Assembly: GCF_009914755.1 (NCBI RefSeq)
Contig: NC_060947.1
Reading direction: 5' to 3' (one strand)
DNA: 64,000 bases
From: the human T2T-CHM13v2.0 reference genome, Homo sapiens
Of this stretch, positions 12,607 to 25,722 are shown in pieces (position 1 is the first letter of the stretch; the number at the start of each line of letters is the position of its first letter). Position numbers and translations under genes: made by a program. The notes beneath the pieces are model-generated. The model had not been told where the DNA came from, did not search any database, and was given only the letters and a program-made list of their open reading frames with translations.

Positions 12607-14173
12607 CTTTGATATGACTCATATTAGAAGTGATCAGTAAGAGACCTTGACATTTCTCTTTTGCTAGGTAGCTACCACTCAAAACATCTCAGGTGGCATG
12701 ATATAAACAGGAAAGAATACACTGGGTAGAAGGGTGTTGGCACATAATGAGACACATTAGTTTGTCTCCTTAATAAAGCTGCTATTGTTTTGATTATGAC
12801 TACCATAGCATCATAAGAAAAGTGTTATTATATGGCTTCTGTGGTTACAATAATGTTCTTCTCACATACAGTTCAAATGCCCTATGTAGTATGTTTAAGG
12901 AATATGTGCAACCGTCAAGGTAAACCCTTCCTTATGGCAGGAAGATCATCAGACTAGGATACAGGAGATATGTTGTGCATCTTTGGGTAGGTTAGTTTTC
13001 CAGTATGGTCTCAGTAAAATGAGAAGATCCAACACAGTAACCTGTAAGTGTCTCCTGTTATGATTCTAACAAAACCGAGAATATAGTGCACAAAAAAAAA
13101 AACATTTCATGATTAGCATTAGGCAGAACTTGTGGAACCCTCTCGTTCATGGGTATGCCATTATCCCCCTTACACCCTTTCAGTCACTAAAGCTACTGTT
13201 ACTGCACGTTGTTGGCTTGGAGTGTCTAGGACAAAATGTTCTTTGTAACTGATGGTAGTAGGCTTGCTGGATGTCTAGATATGGTTGGTAATATGCCAAC
13301 TTTTAATGGACTGATCAATTGTCCTGATGCATTTTATGAAAAGATTAGAAATATCTTGATTTATAATGCCTGCCACATTTCCCTTCCCTTGGAGCCCCCT
13401 CGGTTACCTCATTTGGGGGCAGTCTTACTTTCCTTGTGACTCATGTCTCAATCATTAATTCATATAGGTCAAGCACAAACTGCCACAAGTATCTTTTGCC
13501 TCAATCCTCAGTTCATTTCCTGTTGTCACCAAGCACGAGTCACATATAAGGAAACTTCATTGTGTCATTCATATATTTCAACTCTTTATCGCTCTCCTGA
13601 ATTGAGCAATTTCATTGTATGATACAAAAGTACAAAAAAAAGTTAATTAAATGCTTATTCCATTGAAGATACCAGGATACCTGATACCAGATTACATGAA
13701 CACTCATTTCCAATTAAAAGTTTATTTTAATGAAAACAAGTTGGAGTGTTTTCTCCACCCTTGCTGCCAAAATTCATCTGAAAGCTTTGGGTTTCCTATG
13801 CACTGATGCAGTCTGCTCTTACTGTTTTTCAATTCCAAATATAAACCTCTATAAATACTTGCCTATCTTCAGATATCCTGCACATAGCCAATATAAATAA
13901 TACAGTTGGGATTAATCAAATAATCAGTGAGAATCTCATGCTGAATAAATAGGCCCACAGGAGGGGGTTCACTACTTGAAAAACTGCCTTCATTCTTTCA
14001 CTCAACTAAATTTCCATTTTATAAATTATTAATATTAAATTCATTATTATTAATGCATATGTTTAAAGAAGTCACAATTTACAAAAGCTATTCCCATTTT
14101 ACAGATGAGGAAACTAAGGCACAGAGAAGTGGTAATTTATTCAATTTATTAATGTTTTTAATATCTTTTGTAC

Positions 14174-14276
14174 CTGTAGCAGCACTTTCTACTACTTTCA
14201 ATAACTTAAAAAGTCACAGCCTGAAGTCACATTGGATCATTTTAGAGTCTTCTGTTATTCCAAAGCAAGCCATGGA
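14174..14276 (-). pseudogene. 103-bp exon remnant, copy B (SMACFGITEDSKMIQCDFRL*LFKLLKVVESAAT)
   Basis: Acceptor tctcttccctttacttcag, donor CAG|GTACAA; single in-frame TGA. Confidence 0.65.
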
Positions 14277-15524
14277 CTGAAGTAAAGGGAAGAGACTTCC
14301 ACTTCCTACTCCCACTACAGTCAATTAATAAACCCTATTGGAATAAACCTCTCTTTATGATACTATCAATATTAAAACATCAACAAGGAAAAGCGCCAAA
14401 TAATATACATATTGGTATGAATTGCACACCTCCGTGTCAATATTCCTACCATGTTGCATTGCTGGATGTCCTTACACAATGAAGCTATTTCTTCCTACAG
14501 CTTCTGTCCATTCCCAAACAATAAAAGTCGCACATGATCAGTCCTTAACAAACGTGTGATGACACTGGCAAGTCTCCCCATCACCTTTTAGTGACAACTC
14601 TTTCTCTTTAGGTACCCTGTGTTTTCCTGTTCTAAACCTTCCTCCCATCAAAGAAGAACAGAACTTGTTATCAGTCATTATGGGGGAAGTAGAGACATTC
14701 TTGAAAGGCTCTTCCACCCATAGGCTTACGGGAAACTATCCCCCACGTCCAGTGATAAACTAGAGTTCAAGGTCTACTGGCCAGCTCTTGCTTCCTAAAA
14801 ATGTCACCAACATTAACATTTCTGTATAAGGGGCTAAGGAAAGGGAAGGCAAAAGTTAGTATATCAACTATTTTATTGTCTCTGGTCTATGCACGCTTGA
14901 ATGTTTCACTGGACCAGTTTTGCTTATCATCAATACTATGCATCTCTCAGAGCAAAATATAGCCACAAGAATTTTCATGCCAAGAGACAGAAGTTTAGAG
15001 CTAGAAGTTTAGAGCTAGTATTTTCATACTGTGGAGATAGAAGTTTAGAGCTAGAAATGATCTTAAAAATATTTTAGTCCAACCTCTTTATTTTCAGGAG
15101 TAGAAAGTATGAGACTCCAAGACAGAGGAATAGTTTGCCCAGGCACAGCCTAGTAAGTGGCAGAGAGTAGAGAGCATTAAGAGAAGAGAGAAGCTTGTCT
15201 TCTGCCCCACCTACTCTGACTTGTGTCTCAAGTTAGAGTTTCTCTGGGGGTTGGCCATTGGCGAGCTGAGGTTCTAGGGCCTGCTGTAGACATATGCTAA
15301 GGACAAATTTGGAGGCCACAACCTAAAAACCGCTAATAAATAACAGACCCCAGCCTGCCGTCTGGACAGGGACCAAGAACAGGAGGGTGAGTGAGTGGCA
15401 CCTGAGTACATAGATCCAGTCATCGTCTGTCTTATGAAACACTGACGTTTCAGCACAGTTAGTTGACAGAAGATTGTCATTTACTCATTTCTAATTCCCC
15501 TTTTCCTGACAGTTTATTCTGTAC

Positions 15525-15627
15525 CTGTAGCAGCACTTTCTACTACTTTCAATAACTTAATAAGTCACAGCATGAAGTCACACTGGATCATTTTAGATTC
15601 TTTTGTTATTCCAAAGTAAGCCATTGG
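15525..15627 (-). pseudogene. 103-bp exon remnant, copy A (PMAYFGITKESKMIQCDFML*LIKLLKVVESAAT)
   Basis: Acceptor cctttacttcag, donor CAG|GTACAG; TGA at the same codon as copy B. Confidence 0.65.
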
Positions 15628-15677
15628 CTGAAGTAAAGGCCGAAGTAAAGGGAAGAGACTTTACACCTCCCCACCTA

Positions 15678-16009
<332 letters not shown>

Positions 16010-16017
16010 TAATTTAC

Positions 16018-16120
16018 AATGAATTTTGTCTGTCATTTCCAAATCTACTTTTCCTAAAGCCCTTAAATGCATTTCTACATCTTCCATGGGACTTTTTGTC
16101 TCTTTTAATAAATGGCTTAT
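16018..16120 (-). pseudogene. Exon remnant (ISHLLKETKSPMEDVEMHLRALGKVDLEMTDKIH)
   Basis: Long pyrimidine tract tctttgtattttctgttttcttgctt with degraded AG; donor T|GTAAAT; open helical-looking frame. Confidence 0.55.
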
Positions 16121-16339
16121 TTTTAAGCAAGAAAACAGAAAATACAAAGAAGCAAAAATAAAAATAATCCATACTTCCACTACATCTGGAATTAACACTG
16201 CTTACATTAGCAAACTTTCTGAGGGTGAGTTGAGTCATTGTAAGTCTTTCCTCTAGTTATCAATAGCAGGGTCTTTAAATCCACATACACTAGTCTATCA
16301 AAAATTAACACCTAACCAATCACCTTTCTAACACTTGAC

Positions 16340-16710
16340 AGTACCTAGCTTATTTCTGTTTCAGCATTTTTGCACTAGCTGTTCCCTCTGCCTGAGATAC
16401 TTCTCTTACACCTTCTCATGCTGATTCTTTCCTGTCTTTTCAGGTTTCTGTTCCTTCAGAAGAATCTTCCCTTACCAACTTCCTCATATTAGAACCCAGT
16501 CACTTTCAATAATATCACCTTATTTTATTTTCAAGGTACTTATCACAACCTGATACTCTCTTTTTTATTTCTCTAGTGCTTTATTGTCTCTTTCCTTAAG
16601 TAAGCTCCATGAAGACAGAGATCGTATGTGTCTTGTTCACCATGAGATTCCCCAATACGTAGCATAGTGCTTGGCACATATTAGGTAATGGTTTGAAAGA
16701 ATAAATGAGC
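16340..16710 (+). mobile_element. LINE-2 3' end
   Basis: gtaagctccatgaagacagag...gtgcttggcacatattagg...gaataaatga. Confidence 0.8.
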
Positions 16711-16724
16711 CATGGAAGACATGT

Positions 16725-16875
16725 ACTTGGGGTTGCACTGAATGATCTGTGCCCCCTTAGGTTATCTCTTGTAGCCAATAGCACAGAATACCTGTGAAGT
16801 CTGTGGTTTTGAAAGCACTAACTGGCCCACACAGGTTTAAGCCTGTGACATTAGCCTTACTAGTATTATCGCTGA
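16725..16875 (-). mobile_element. tRNA-Ile-derived SINE relic (MamSINE1-like)
   Basis: ctaactggcccacacaggtttaagcctgtgacattagccttactagtattatcgct aligns by eye to the reverse complement of the tRNA-Ile(AAT) 3' half followed by GTTAG. Confidence 0.55.
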
Positions 16876-18919
16876 GAATGTCATCGGTTTTCACTTTTAC
16901 CTTAAACTATTGATAGACTTGGAAATATCTTGAATTTATTGAACACCACACAATATAGGTAACTTGAATAAATACAAATGGGGAAATTTTCCTTTTATAG
17001 TACTTCTATATTCAACTGAAATATAGGAGACTTATAAGAGGCCATCCTCTTTGGACAAGCATGTTTCTCATAAGTAGTTACCATTTCTACACCATTTAAT
17101 CAAGACCTACTATTATAATATGAGGCGAACATGAGATTCCATCCCTAAAAATGTACCTTAAGCTTAAACATTAGTGGTCAAACTAATGTTGATCTCTAAA
17201 CAAACAGGTACTCTCCCAGTTCTTCTTCCTTCAGAAGGTGAAAAGAAGAGCTTTTGATATATAAAATCCACTAGCCTAAATCCAATTCAATTTGTGGAAA
17301 AGATGGGATAACTTTACCTTTGAGGTATATATTCAATTAGATTGTAATCATGTAAAAAGCAAACAGAATGTTCTTTGAAAGAAACAAAATTCTCACATTG
17401 TGGGTGGGAATTTGAGAATTATGCCTAACTAATTTCATGGGGGAAGTGGTCAATATTAATAAGCAATAATTGAAAGCACAGACTTTAAAGTTAATAGTTC
17501 TGTCTCAAGTTTGTGAGCCACCACTTACTTGGTAATCTTGGGAAAGTTACTTTAACCTGTTTAGACACTTCAGTTTAATCATCTATAAAGTAGATAATAA
17601 TAGTGCTTACTTCCCAAACAGGTTGTAAAGATTACATACACAACACTCAGGAAGGTACCTACTACATAATAAACATTCAACAAAAAGTAGTAGAATGACT
17701 CTATACGTAAAAATATTTATTTAACATCTTTACCAAATACAAATACTTATTTAGTACCCACTTGGTATGAAACAGTTAAAAAACCATCAAAGACATAGAA
17801 ACAAATCAGCTGTGGTCCTGTTTCTCAAGGAGTTCACACCTGGGAGCAAGGGAAACAAGGCATACACAAACAAATAGAATCCAAGGGAGACTGTGGTCAA
17901 ATGTTCCAAGAAGTGAACTTGTATCAGTTGAAAATGACAAAAACCCAACCCAAATCAGCTTAAGCAGGAGGGTGATATATTTCCTGTCAAATTCAAAGAA
18001 AGCTGCAGAAACCACATCAGGGACTTGAACTTCACTCTTCATGCTTTTGGGTTGCCCCATCTCTGTCCCTCTCCGATCCCTGATATTGATCACCTATTTT
18101 TGAACAGTTTCACACTGTTCTAATAAAGGAAGAATTCCTCCTTGTTATAGGAATTATAAATCACTCCTGGGCTAATCAACTTGGCCAGTAGGATGGGGTA
18201 TTATGACTGGTATGATGGGTATATTATGAATTTGGATTAGCTACCCACTATGAATTATAACAAGGGGAGAAAAAAAATCCCCAAAGGAAGATGGGTACAG
18301 GTTGCTGGGGAAGTATAAAGAAAAAGAAAAAATGTAAAAGAAAAAAAAAGTAAAAGAAAAAATGTCCACTAAAATGGTAGTCTGATAATACTAGTCATAT
18401 TACATCATACCAAATAGTTCTATATTACTCATATGAATACATTTTATCATTATACCACTGAGAAAATTCTTAATGTCAAAACAAGTGAGTTTTTTCTTTC
18501 TGGCTTTTTGCCTATTGTTTGGGAAGAGCTGAAAGGGAAGCTAGAATTTAAAAACAACCCTGACTGCAAGAAACTCAATCTCCATCAGATTCTTGATGAT
18601 TTAGAAGTCCTGTTTAGTCAATGGGTTGATTAAAGGCAGGTTAAGCTTCTCTTAAGAGATGTATAACTAAAATCAGAAGTCAGCCAACTGATCATGAAGA
18701 ATATTGTTGAGAAATACCTATGCCCAGGAAGTAGGACAACCTTCACAAATCCATGAAACAAGAAAAAGTCCTGTCACCCAAGAGACATTGTTGGAGTTCA
18801 ATAGAATCCACTGAGAAAGTTCTGACAAAGATGAATAAAAGCATCTGTAAAGAAAACATGAGGCAAGCATTCTTCCTCAGCAGATCACACTTTGATAAAG
18901 TAAAGACTGCTTTTTTCCT

Positions 18920-19377
18920 TCTCAATGCCCATTCTCCTCTTTTTTATTAATTAAAAAAAAGCTCAATATTTTAAGCTGGACACATTGCCACATAGCTAAG
19001 AAAACTACATTTCCAAGACCTCTTTGAAGCTTGGTGTAGCCACGTGACTAAGTTCAAGACAATAAGATGTAAGTGGAATTCTAGTATAGTACTTCCAAAA
19101 TAAATGGAGGTGATACCCTTCTTTTTCCCTTTTTCCCTTTTCTGCTACAGAGAATGTGGAAGCAATGGCTGAGTCCATCTTGATCTCTAACGGGACCTTG
19201 TAAATGTAAGCTAATCATGGCTGAGCAATACAATAAGAAAAGCTTGGGTCGCTGAGATTGTGGAGCTACCATCATAGTCCTGAGCTGCCTCTCTCCAGCC
19301 TGAAATAAATCTACATCTTCTTTAAAGTACAAATTTTTATATGTTTGTTACCGCCAAACCAAATCCTAATTGATGCA
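18920..19377 (+). mobile_element. MLT1 (old MaLR) solo LTR
   Basis: actacatttccaagacctctttgaagcttggtgtagccacgtgactaagttc; ends caaatcctaattgatgca. Confidence 0.7.
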
Positions 19378-19995
19378 AAAGATGTCCATAACCAATGCAT
19401 TTTATTTCATTTGAATTAAATATGCTAATGGCCTTTTCTCTGTGAATACATAGCTTGATACCATCCTGAAACCAGAAGACAAAAGCTTATTGGTGTTTGA
19501 GCTATTATACATTTTTTGTAAGTTTAACATTGCTGTTACATGAATGATAAACCTAAATTAATACAAATGCCTTCATGAAGAATGTTTTCATTTTTCTTTT
19601 AATAATGTTGAAATGCAAAGATAAATATAGAAATGAATCTAATATCTTATGTCAGCTCTATGTAGATTCATTGTGTAACTGAATAGTGTAACACCACTTT
19701 AGATGAGTCAGCTCTGAAGAGCTAGCTCTAAGAGGTGAATTCATCTAATTGTTCTGTCAATGCTTATACATTTTATGTTAATGTTGAAAGTATTATGTTC
19801 GTATTTTTAATACACTGGCAACTCTCCCAAGGAGGTAATAGAGTTTGAACCAATCATAATGAATGAATGGAAAAGCTGGAGTTTTGGAATTTATAAATTA
19901 TTTTAAAACAGTGATACTGCTGATATTATAACCAAGTCAAATCCAAAAATGTTACTTTCTTTCTCTTCATAGTTGATTAACATGTACAGGCAAAA

Positions 19996-20446
19996 TGCTA
20001 TGGTTTGGAGATTTTTTTTTTGTCTTCTTCAAAGCTCACGTTAAAGTTTGATCTCCAATGTGACAGTATTAAAATGTGGGACCTAGTGGGAAGTGTTTGG
20101 GTTATGGCGGCAGATCCCTTATGAATATCTTGGTGCTGTTCTTCTGGTGGTGAGTTCTCATTCTCACAAGACTGAATTAGTTCTCTCAGAAATAGATTGG
20201 TTAGTTCCCATGAGAGTGGGTTTTTATAAATCCAGGATGCCTCTTAGGTTTTCCTCTTTTCACATGTGTCCACTTCTCCTTTGACATTCCCTGCGATATT
20301 GTGACACATCATGTAAGTCTTCACCAGAGGCCAAGGTTGTGCCCTTGAATCTCATATTGCAGAATAAACTTAATAAGTTTCTTTTCTTTACAAATTATCC
20401 AGTCTCAGATATTCTTTTATAGCAACACAAAAGGGACCAAAATACT
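19996..20446 (+). mobile_element. MST-type MaLR solo LTR
   Basis: Starts tgctatggtttgg; ends aaattatccagtctcagatattcttttatagcaacacaaa. Confidence 0.85.
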
Positions 20447-21806
20447 TATATCAGTGAAGGATACAGCATTAATCCTTCAACAGTGTAGATGGGTTTAACT
20501 GACTACACTAGATGGTCACCTGAAGCTGAAAAACCAATGACTTTCACTGAATTTTATGAATCTTTCTAGTACATCAGTGACTTCATTCATTCACTTATCT
20601 ACCCATCCAATGTACTGTGAGTACTTATGTGCCAGACATATGCTAGGAATAAGGGTATAAGAATAAATAATACCTGAGGAAAGAAAAATAATCCAGTGTG
20701 TCTGGAGGAAAGGGTACATGAGAACATAAATCAGGAGATTTTCCTATTCATTCATTCATTCAGTCCACCATTTATTCACTCAATAATTACTGAATATCTA
20801 CTATGTGCCTGGCTAGGAGCAATGAATACAATATAAAAACAAGGCATAAATTTGTCCTACAAAGTATTTAATTGACTAGAAGGCTAACTATTACCCACAT
20901 ATCAGCTAAAATATTATGCATATATGAAGAGACCTTCACCTTATAAATAGTGTCACAGAAAGAACATGTAGCCCAAGAGGAGCTTAAGCTCCAGTCACTG
21001 TAGTCAGAAATTCATTGACAGCCATCAAAAGAATAATTTATTCCACGGTTTTCAATTTCACTCTGAAAGAGTACATGCCAGTGTAAGACCTACTATCTAA
21101 GGTATACTGTCTCATGTAGAGGTGGCCCTAAATCAAAATTTATAAAATTAGATTTGGGAAAGTGTAATTGTCACATGGCGCATAGGAAAATTTAACAGAT
21201 CTCAGCCATATCATGGCAGAAAAGGAAAATGAAGATTATGCACACAGACTTGTAGTGGTCAGACCCCTTGCTAGGGTCAAATTGATCTCCAGAAGCATTT
21301 TTCTATCACTCACTACTAGCTCTACCTCCGTGGCAATTTTCTGTCTCCTCTACAAAACCAGAAATAATGAGACTCTCTTATCTGCTTTTACTTCAGAGTA
21401 ACTTCAAGGGAGGAGCAGTTTCCAGCCTTTCAAATATCTCTAGATTTTCCATAGGACGAATCTTGACTATTAACCCTCTCCAGCCATTTTCTCTTGTGTA
21501 CTTTGGAGACTCAGGGACTGAGAACCATGTCTGTATTCCTGTGTCCTTGAGAGTCTGAAATTGTTAGCAATGCAGAATATCAAATACAATCTTTTCTATC
21601 TCGTTATAATGCATATAAAACTGTAGCCAATTCACCTGTAGAATGGAGGTATGGGAATCCTTGAAACAACATGATCAAATTGCAAGAGAACAAAGGTGAA
21701 AAAGTCTACAGTAAGATAATTTTTCCTTCACTATATTTGATACTTGTCCTCAAAATGACTCCATTTCAATTTTGAATAATATGATTGCCAGGACGGCAAA
21801 CATAAT

Positions 21807-24800
21807 CTTTTTTTCTTAATTGAAAAACTTTTGAGATAATTGTAGATTCATATGCAGTTGTAAGAAATGATACAGAGGTGTTCCATGTATCCTTTACCCA
21901 CTTTCCTCCAGTGGCAACATGTTGCAAACTGAAGTAGAATATCACACCAGGATATTGACACTGATACAATGTCACCCATCTTATACAGATCTCCCCAGTT
22001 TTACTTGTACTCCTGTGCCTGTTTGTATATTAAGCTCTATACAATCATATCACCTGTGAAAGTTCATGTATCCACCACTACTGTCAAGAGACTAACCATT
22101 CTAAAATCTCAAGGATGCCTCATATTACCCTTTTATGACCACGCATAGCTCCCTCCTGTCACCCACCCTTCTATTCCTAACCCACAATAACCACTAATCT
22201 GTTATTCATTTTGAACATTTTGTTATTTCAAAAGGTTATCACATGGAATCATATGGTATATAATCTCTTGTGAATGGCTTTTGTAAACTCAGCATAATTC
22301 CTTAGAAATGCATCCAGATTGTCACGTTTATCAATAGTTTACTCCTGTTTATTCCTGAGTAATATTGCACAATACGAATGTAGCACAATTTCTTTCTCCT
22401 GTTCAAGGATATATGAGCTGGTTCCTGCTTTTGGCTATTACAAATAAAGCTATAAATAGTCATGTACAGGTGATATGGTATGGCTGTGTCTCTACCCAAA
22501 TCTCATCTTGAATTGTAATCCCCATAATCCCCACATGTCATGGGAGGCATCTGGTGGGAAGTAAATGAATCGTGAGGGTAGTTTCCCCCATGCTGTTCTC
22601 ATGATAATGAGTGAGTCTCACGAAATCTGATGGTTTTATAGGCGTCCGGCATTTCCCTTGCTTGAGCTCGCTCTGCCCAGCTGCCCTGTGAAGAAGGTGC
22701 CTGCTTCTCCTTTGCCTTCCGCCATGATTGTAAGTTTCTTGAGGCTTCGTCAGCAATGCGGAACTGTGAGTCAATTAAACCTCTTTCCTTTATAAATTAC
22801 CCAGTCTCGGGTATTTCTTTATAGCAGAGTGAGAATGGACTAATACAAAGGTTTTGTGTGAATATACGTTTCGTTTTCATCCCTCTGGGATAATTACTCA
22901 AGAGTGCAAATTTTGGGTTGTATGGTAGTTGTATATTTAGTTTTCAGAGAAACTTCCAATTTTCTGGAGTAGCCATACCACTTTACAACCCTACCAGCAA
23001 TGAATAAGAGTTCCTGTTGCTCCACATTGTCACCAGCAATTGATCTTGTTACTGTTTTTCATTGCAGCCATTCTGATAAGTACGTGGTGTTATCTCATAG
23101 TGGTTTTAATGTGCACTTTCTTAATGGCTAATAATTTTTTAACACATTTTCGTGTGATTATTTGCCATCTGTATATTCTTTTTGGTGAAATGCCTCTTAA
23201 TGTCTTTTGCCTGTTTATAATTAGATTGAGTTGTTTTTGTTTTTGTTTTTTACCTGTTGTGTTTTGAGTTCTTTATATATTCTAGATAATAGTCCTTTGT
23301 TCCATATGAGGTTTGCAAATATTTTCTTAAAGTCTTTAGATTGTCTTTTCATCTTTTTCACTGGGTCTTTCTCAGAATAAAAGTTTTTAAATTTTGATTA
23401 AGTTCATTTTATCAATTTTTTTTTATGGATTCTGGTTTTGGTGTTGTCTAAGAACATTTTTTCTAGCCCTAGATCCTGAAGATTTTCTCCTGTTTTTGAA
23501 AAAGTGTTTTATTTTCACAGTTTACATTTTATGTTTAATTAGTGATCTATTTTAATTTTTGTAAAAAGTGTGAAATTTAGGCTAAAGTTTTGTATATTTA
23601 TTTATTTATTTGCCTATGGATGCCTAATTGCTTTGAGACTATTTGTTGTAAAGGCCATGGCTTGTCCATTGAATTGCTTTTGCACCTTTTCCAGTTAAAA
23701 CATAGAATATTGGTGTGGGACTATTTCCGGGTTCTCCATTCTGTTTCATTGATCTGTGTGTATATTGCTTTGCCAATACTAGATTGTCTTCATTACTATA
23801 GCTATGTATTAAGCCTTACTATCCAGGGAGTGATTTCTCCCACATTATTCTGGTCAAGATAGTTTTAGCAATTTTAAAGCCTGTGCCTCTCCATATAAAT
23901 TTTATATAAGGTTTTCTCTGCCCACAAAAAATAATGCTAGGATTTTGATTAAGACTTGGGTTAAATATGTATATCTATTTGGAAAGAATTAACAGCTTTA
24001 ATTACATTGAGTCTTTTAACTAATTAACAAGATTTGTGTCTTCATCTATTTAGGTCTTTGGTTCCTTTCATCAACATTGTATAATTTTCAACATAAAAAT
24101 CCTGTATATGTTTTGTTCAATATATACCAAAGTGTTTAATTTTCTTTGAAGCGATTTTAAATGGTATTGTTTTTAAGTTCAGTTCAGGGAAGTTCATTGT
24201 TACTGTATAGAAATCTGACTAATTTTTGTATATTGATCTTGTATCCTGCAACTTTGCTGAACTCATTTATTAGTTCTACTAATTTATTTTTCTGTTTTGC
24301 AGACTTCTTAGTGTTTTCTACATAGACAACCATGTCATCTGCAAATAGGGACAGTGTGATTTCTTCTTTTCCAATCTGTGTGCCTTGAGTTAATGTTTCT
24401 TACTTAATGCAGTGGCTAGAATAATGTTGAATAAAAGCAGTGAAATTGGACATCTTCCCATTTTTCCTCCCTCCCTTCTCTGTCCCTTTTTCTCTTCCTT
24501 CCGTTTTTTGGTGCAGTCTATATCTGGTTTTATTATGTGAGTAATATTATCTTCAAAAATAAATAAGTTGAGTATTCCCTCCATTTATATGTTTTGATAA
24601 ACATTGTGAAAATTGGTGTTAATTCTTTACATATTTGGTAGATTTTTCCAGTAAAACCATCTGGACCTGAAGATTTTTTTTTCAGGAACTTTTAAATTGT
24701 GAATTTAATTTAGTTAATGGTTGTAGACTATTAAGATTACATATTTCTTCATTGAGTTTTGGGAGGTTGTAGTTTTCAAAGTATTTGTCCATTTCTGCTA

Positions 24801-25090
24801 AGTTGTCAAATTTATGACTAAATTTGTTCATACTATTGCCTTATTATATTTTTAATGGCTGCAGAATCTGTAGTAATATTCATTGTTTCAATTTAATATC
24901 AGTTTTTTGAATCTGTTTTTGTCAGTCTTCTTAATCGGTCAATTTTATTGATTATTAAAAGCAGGGGATTTTTATTGTTTCAATAATTTTCTTTTTTTTT
25001 AATGTAACGTATTTTTTTCTCTGGTAAGTATTTCTTCTATTCGTTCTGAATGTATTTTGTTCTTCTTTTTCTAGTTTCTTGATTTAGGAA
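21807..25090 (-). mobile_element. Old L1 (L1M) 3'UTR plus ORF2 portion, interrupted by THE1
   Basis: T-rich antisense L1 motifs (gttcctgttgctccacat, ttgatcttgtatcctgcaactttgctgaactc, catgtcatctgcaaataggg). Confidence 0.9.
22471..22847 (+). mobile_element. THE1 (THE1D-like) solo LTR
   Basis: tgatatggtatggctgtgtc...cccaaatctcatcttgaattg...ggactaataca; inserted into L1. Confidence 0.93.
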
Positions 25091-25185
25091 GCAAGATAAT
25101 CATTGCTGAACTCACACTGTTCAACATTACTCAGTAGAATGGCTTCATATGAGGTCCTGTTTCTTTCAGTCTTTCATATCACCAT

Positions 25186-25722
25186 TGTTGTGCCAAACCC
25201 CTATAGACTCCACTGGAGATGGAACAAGGTTCAAAAAGCTGAAGAAGAGACCCAAAGCCAGGAAACATGACTTGGTGTTTTACTGGGGGCTTACATACAG
25301 GAGAGAGAGAGTTCAGTGGCTGTGGGCCAGACAAGATAAGTGCCTTACATAGAGTCCAGTGGCAGCAGACTGGACAGGAGAACCACATGGTCCAGTGGTG
25401 GCAGGCTAGGCAGAAGAACTGCAACCACTTGCAAAAGGCATGCAGTTTATAGAATATTTTCACTTAGTACTGTCTCCCTAATAACCTCCACTTGGCAACC
25501 TTCATTCAGCGCAAAACTCAGGGCCTCTATCCTCTGTATGGCCCATCCCATGGGATAGGCTGGGAGCTCAGATGTTCCTCAAAGACAAGAAATGAATCTC
25601 CAGCTTGGCCACTCCTGGATTTTATAGCTCAAAACACTGAACACACATTCAGATGCATCTGCCATACAGAGTCATTCTCAGGAAATGCTTAAGTTATTGC
25701 TCTCAGGTGTGTTTACCATACA
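25186..25722 (-). mobile_element. Solo LTR (LTR47-like, tentative) inserted into ERV pol
   Basis: TG...CA ends; TSD accat/atcat; pol frame (YEVLFLSVFHITISKYHSLNPVTLL) rejoins on removal. Confidence 0.75.

Noticed and set aside
16820-16875. tRNA-Ile gene
   Set aside because: 5' half and stems degraded; fits a SINE relic
18433-18633. Plus-strand protein-like ORF EELKGKLEFKNNPDCKKLNLHQILDDLEVLFSQW
   Set aside because: No convincing splice sites or recognisable family; the neighbouring exon-like signal is on the minus strand
21213-21558. Plus-strand ORFs 21213..21401 and 21367..21558
   Set aside because: Better explained as antisense shadows of the minus-strand exon remnant
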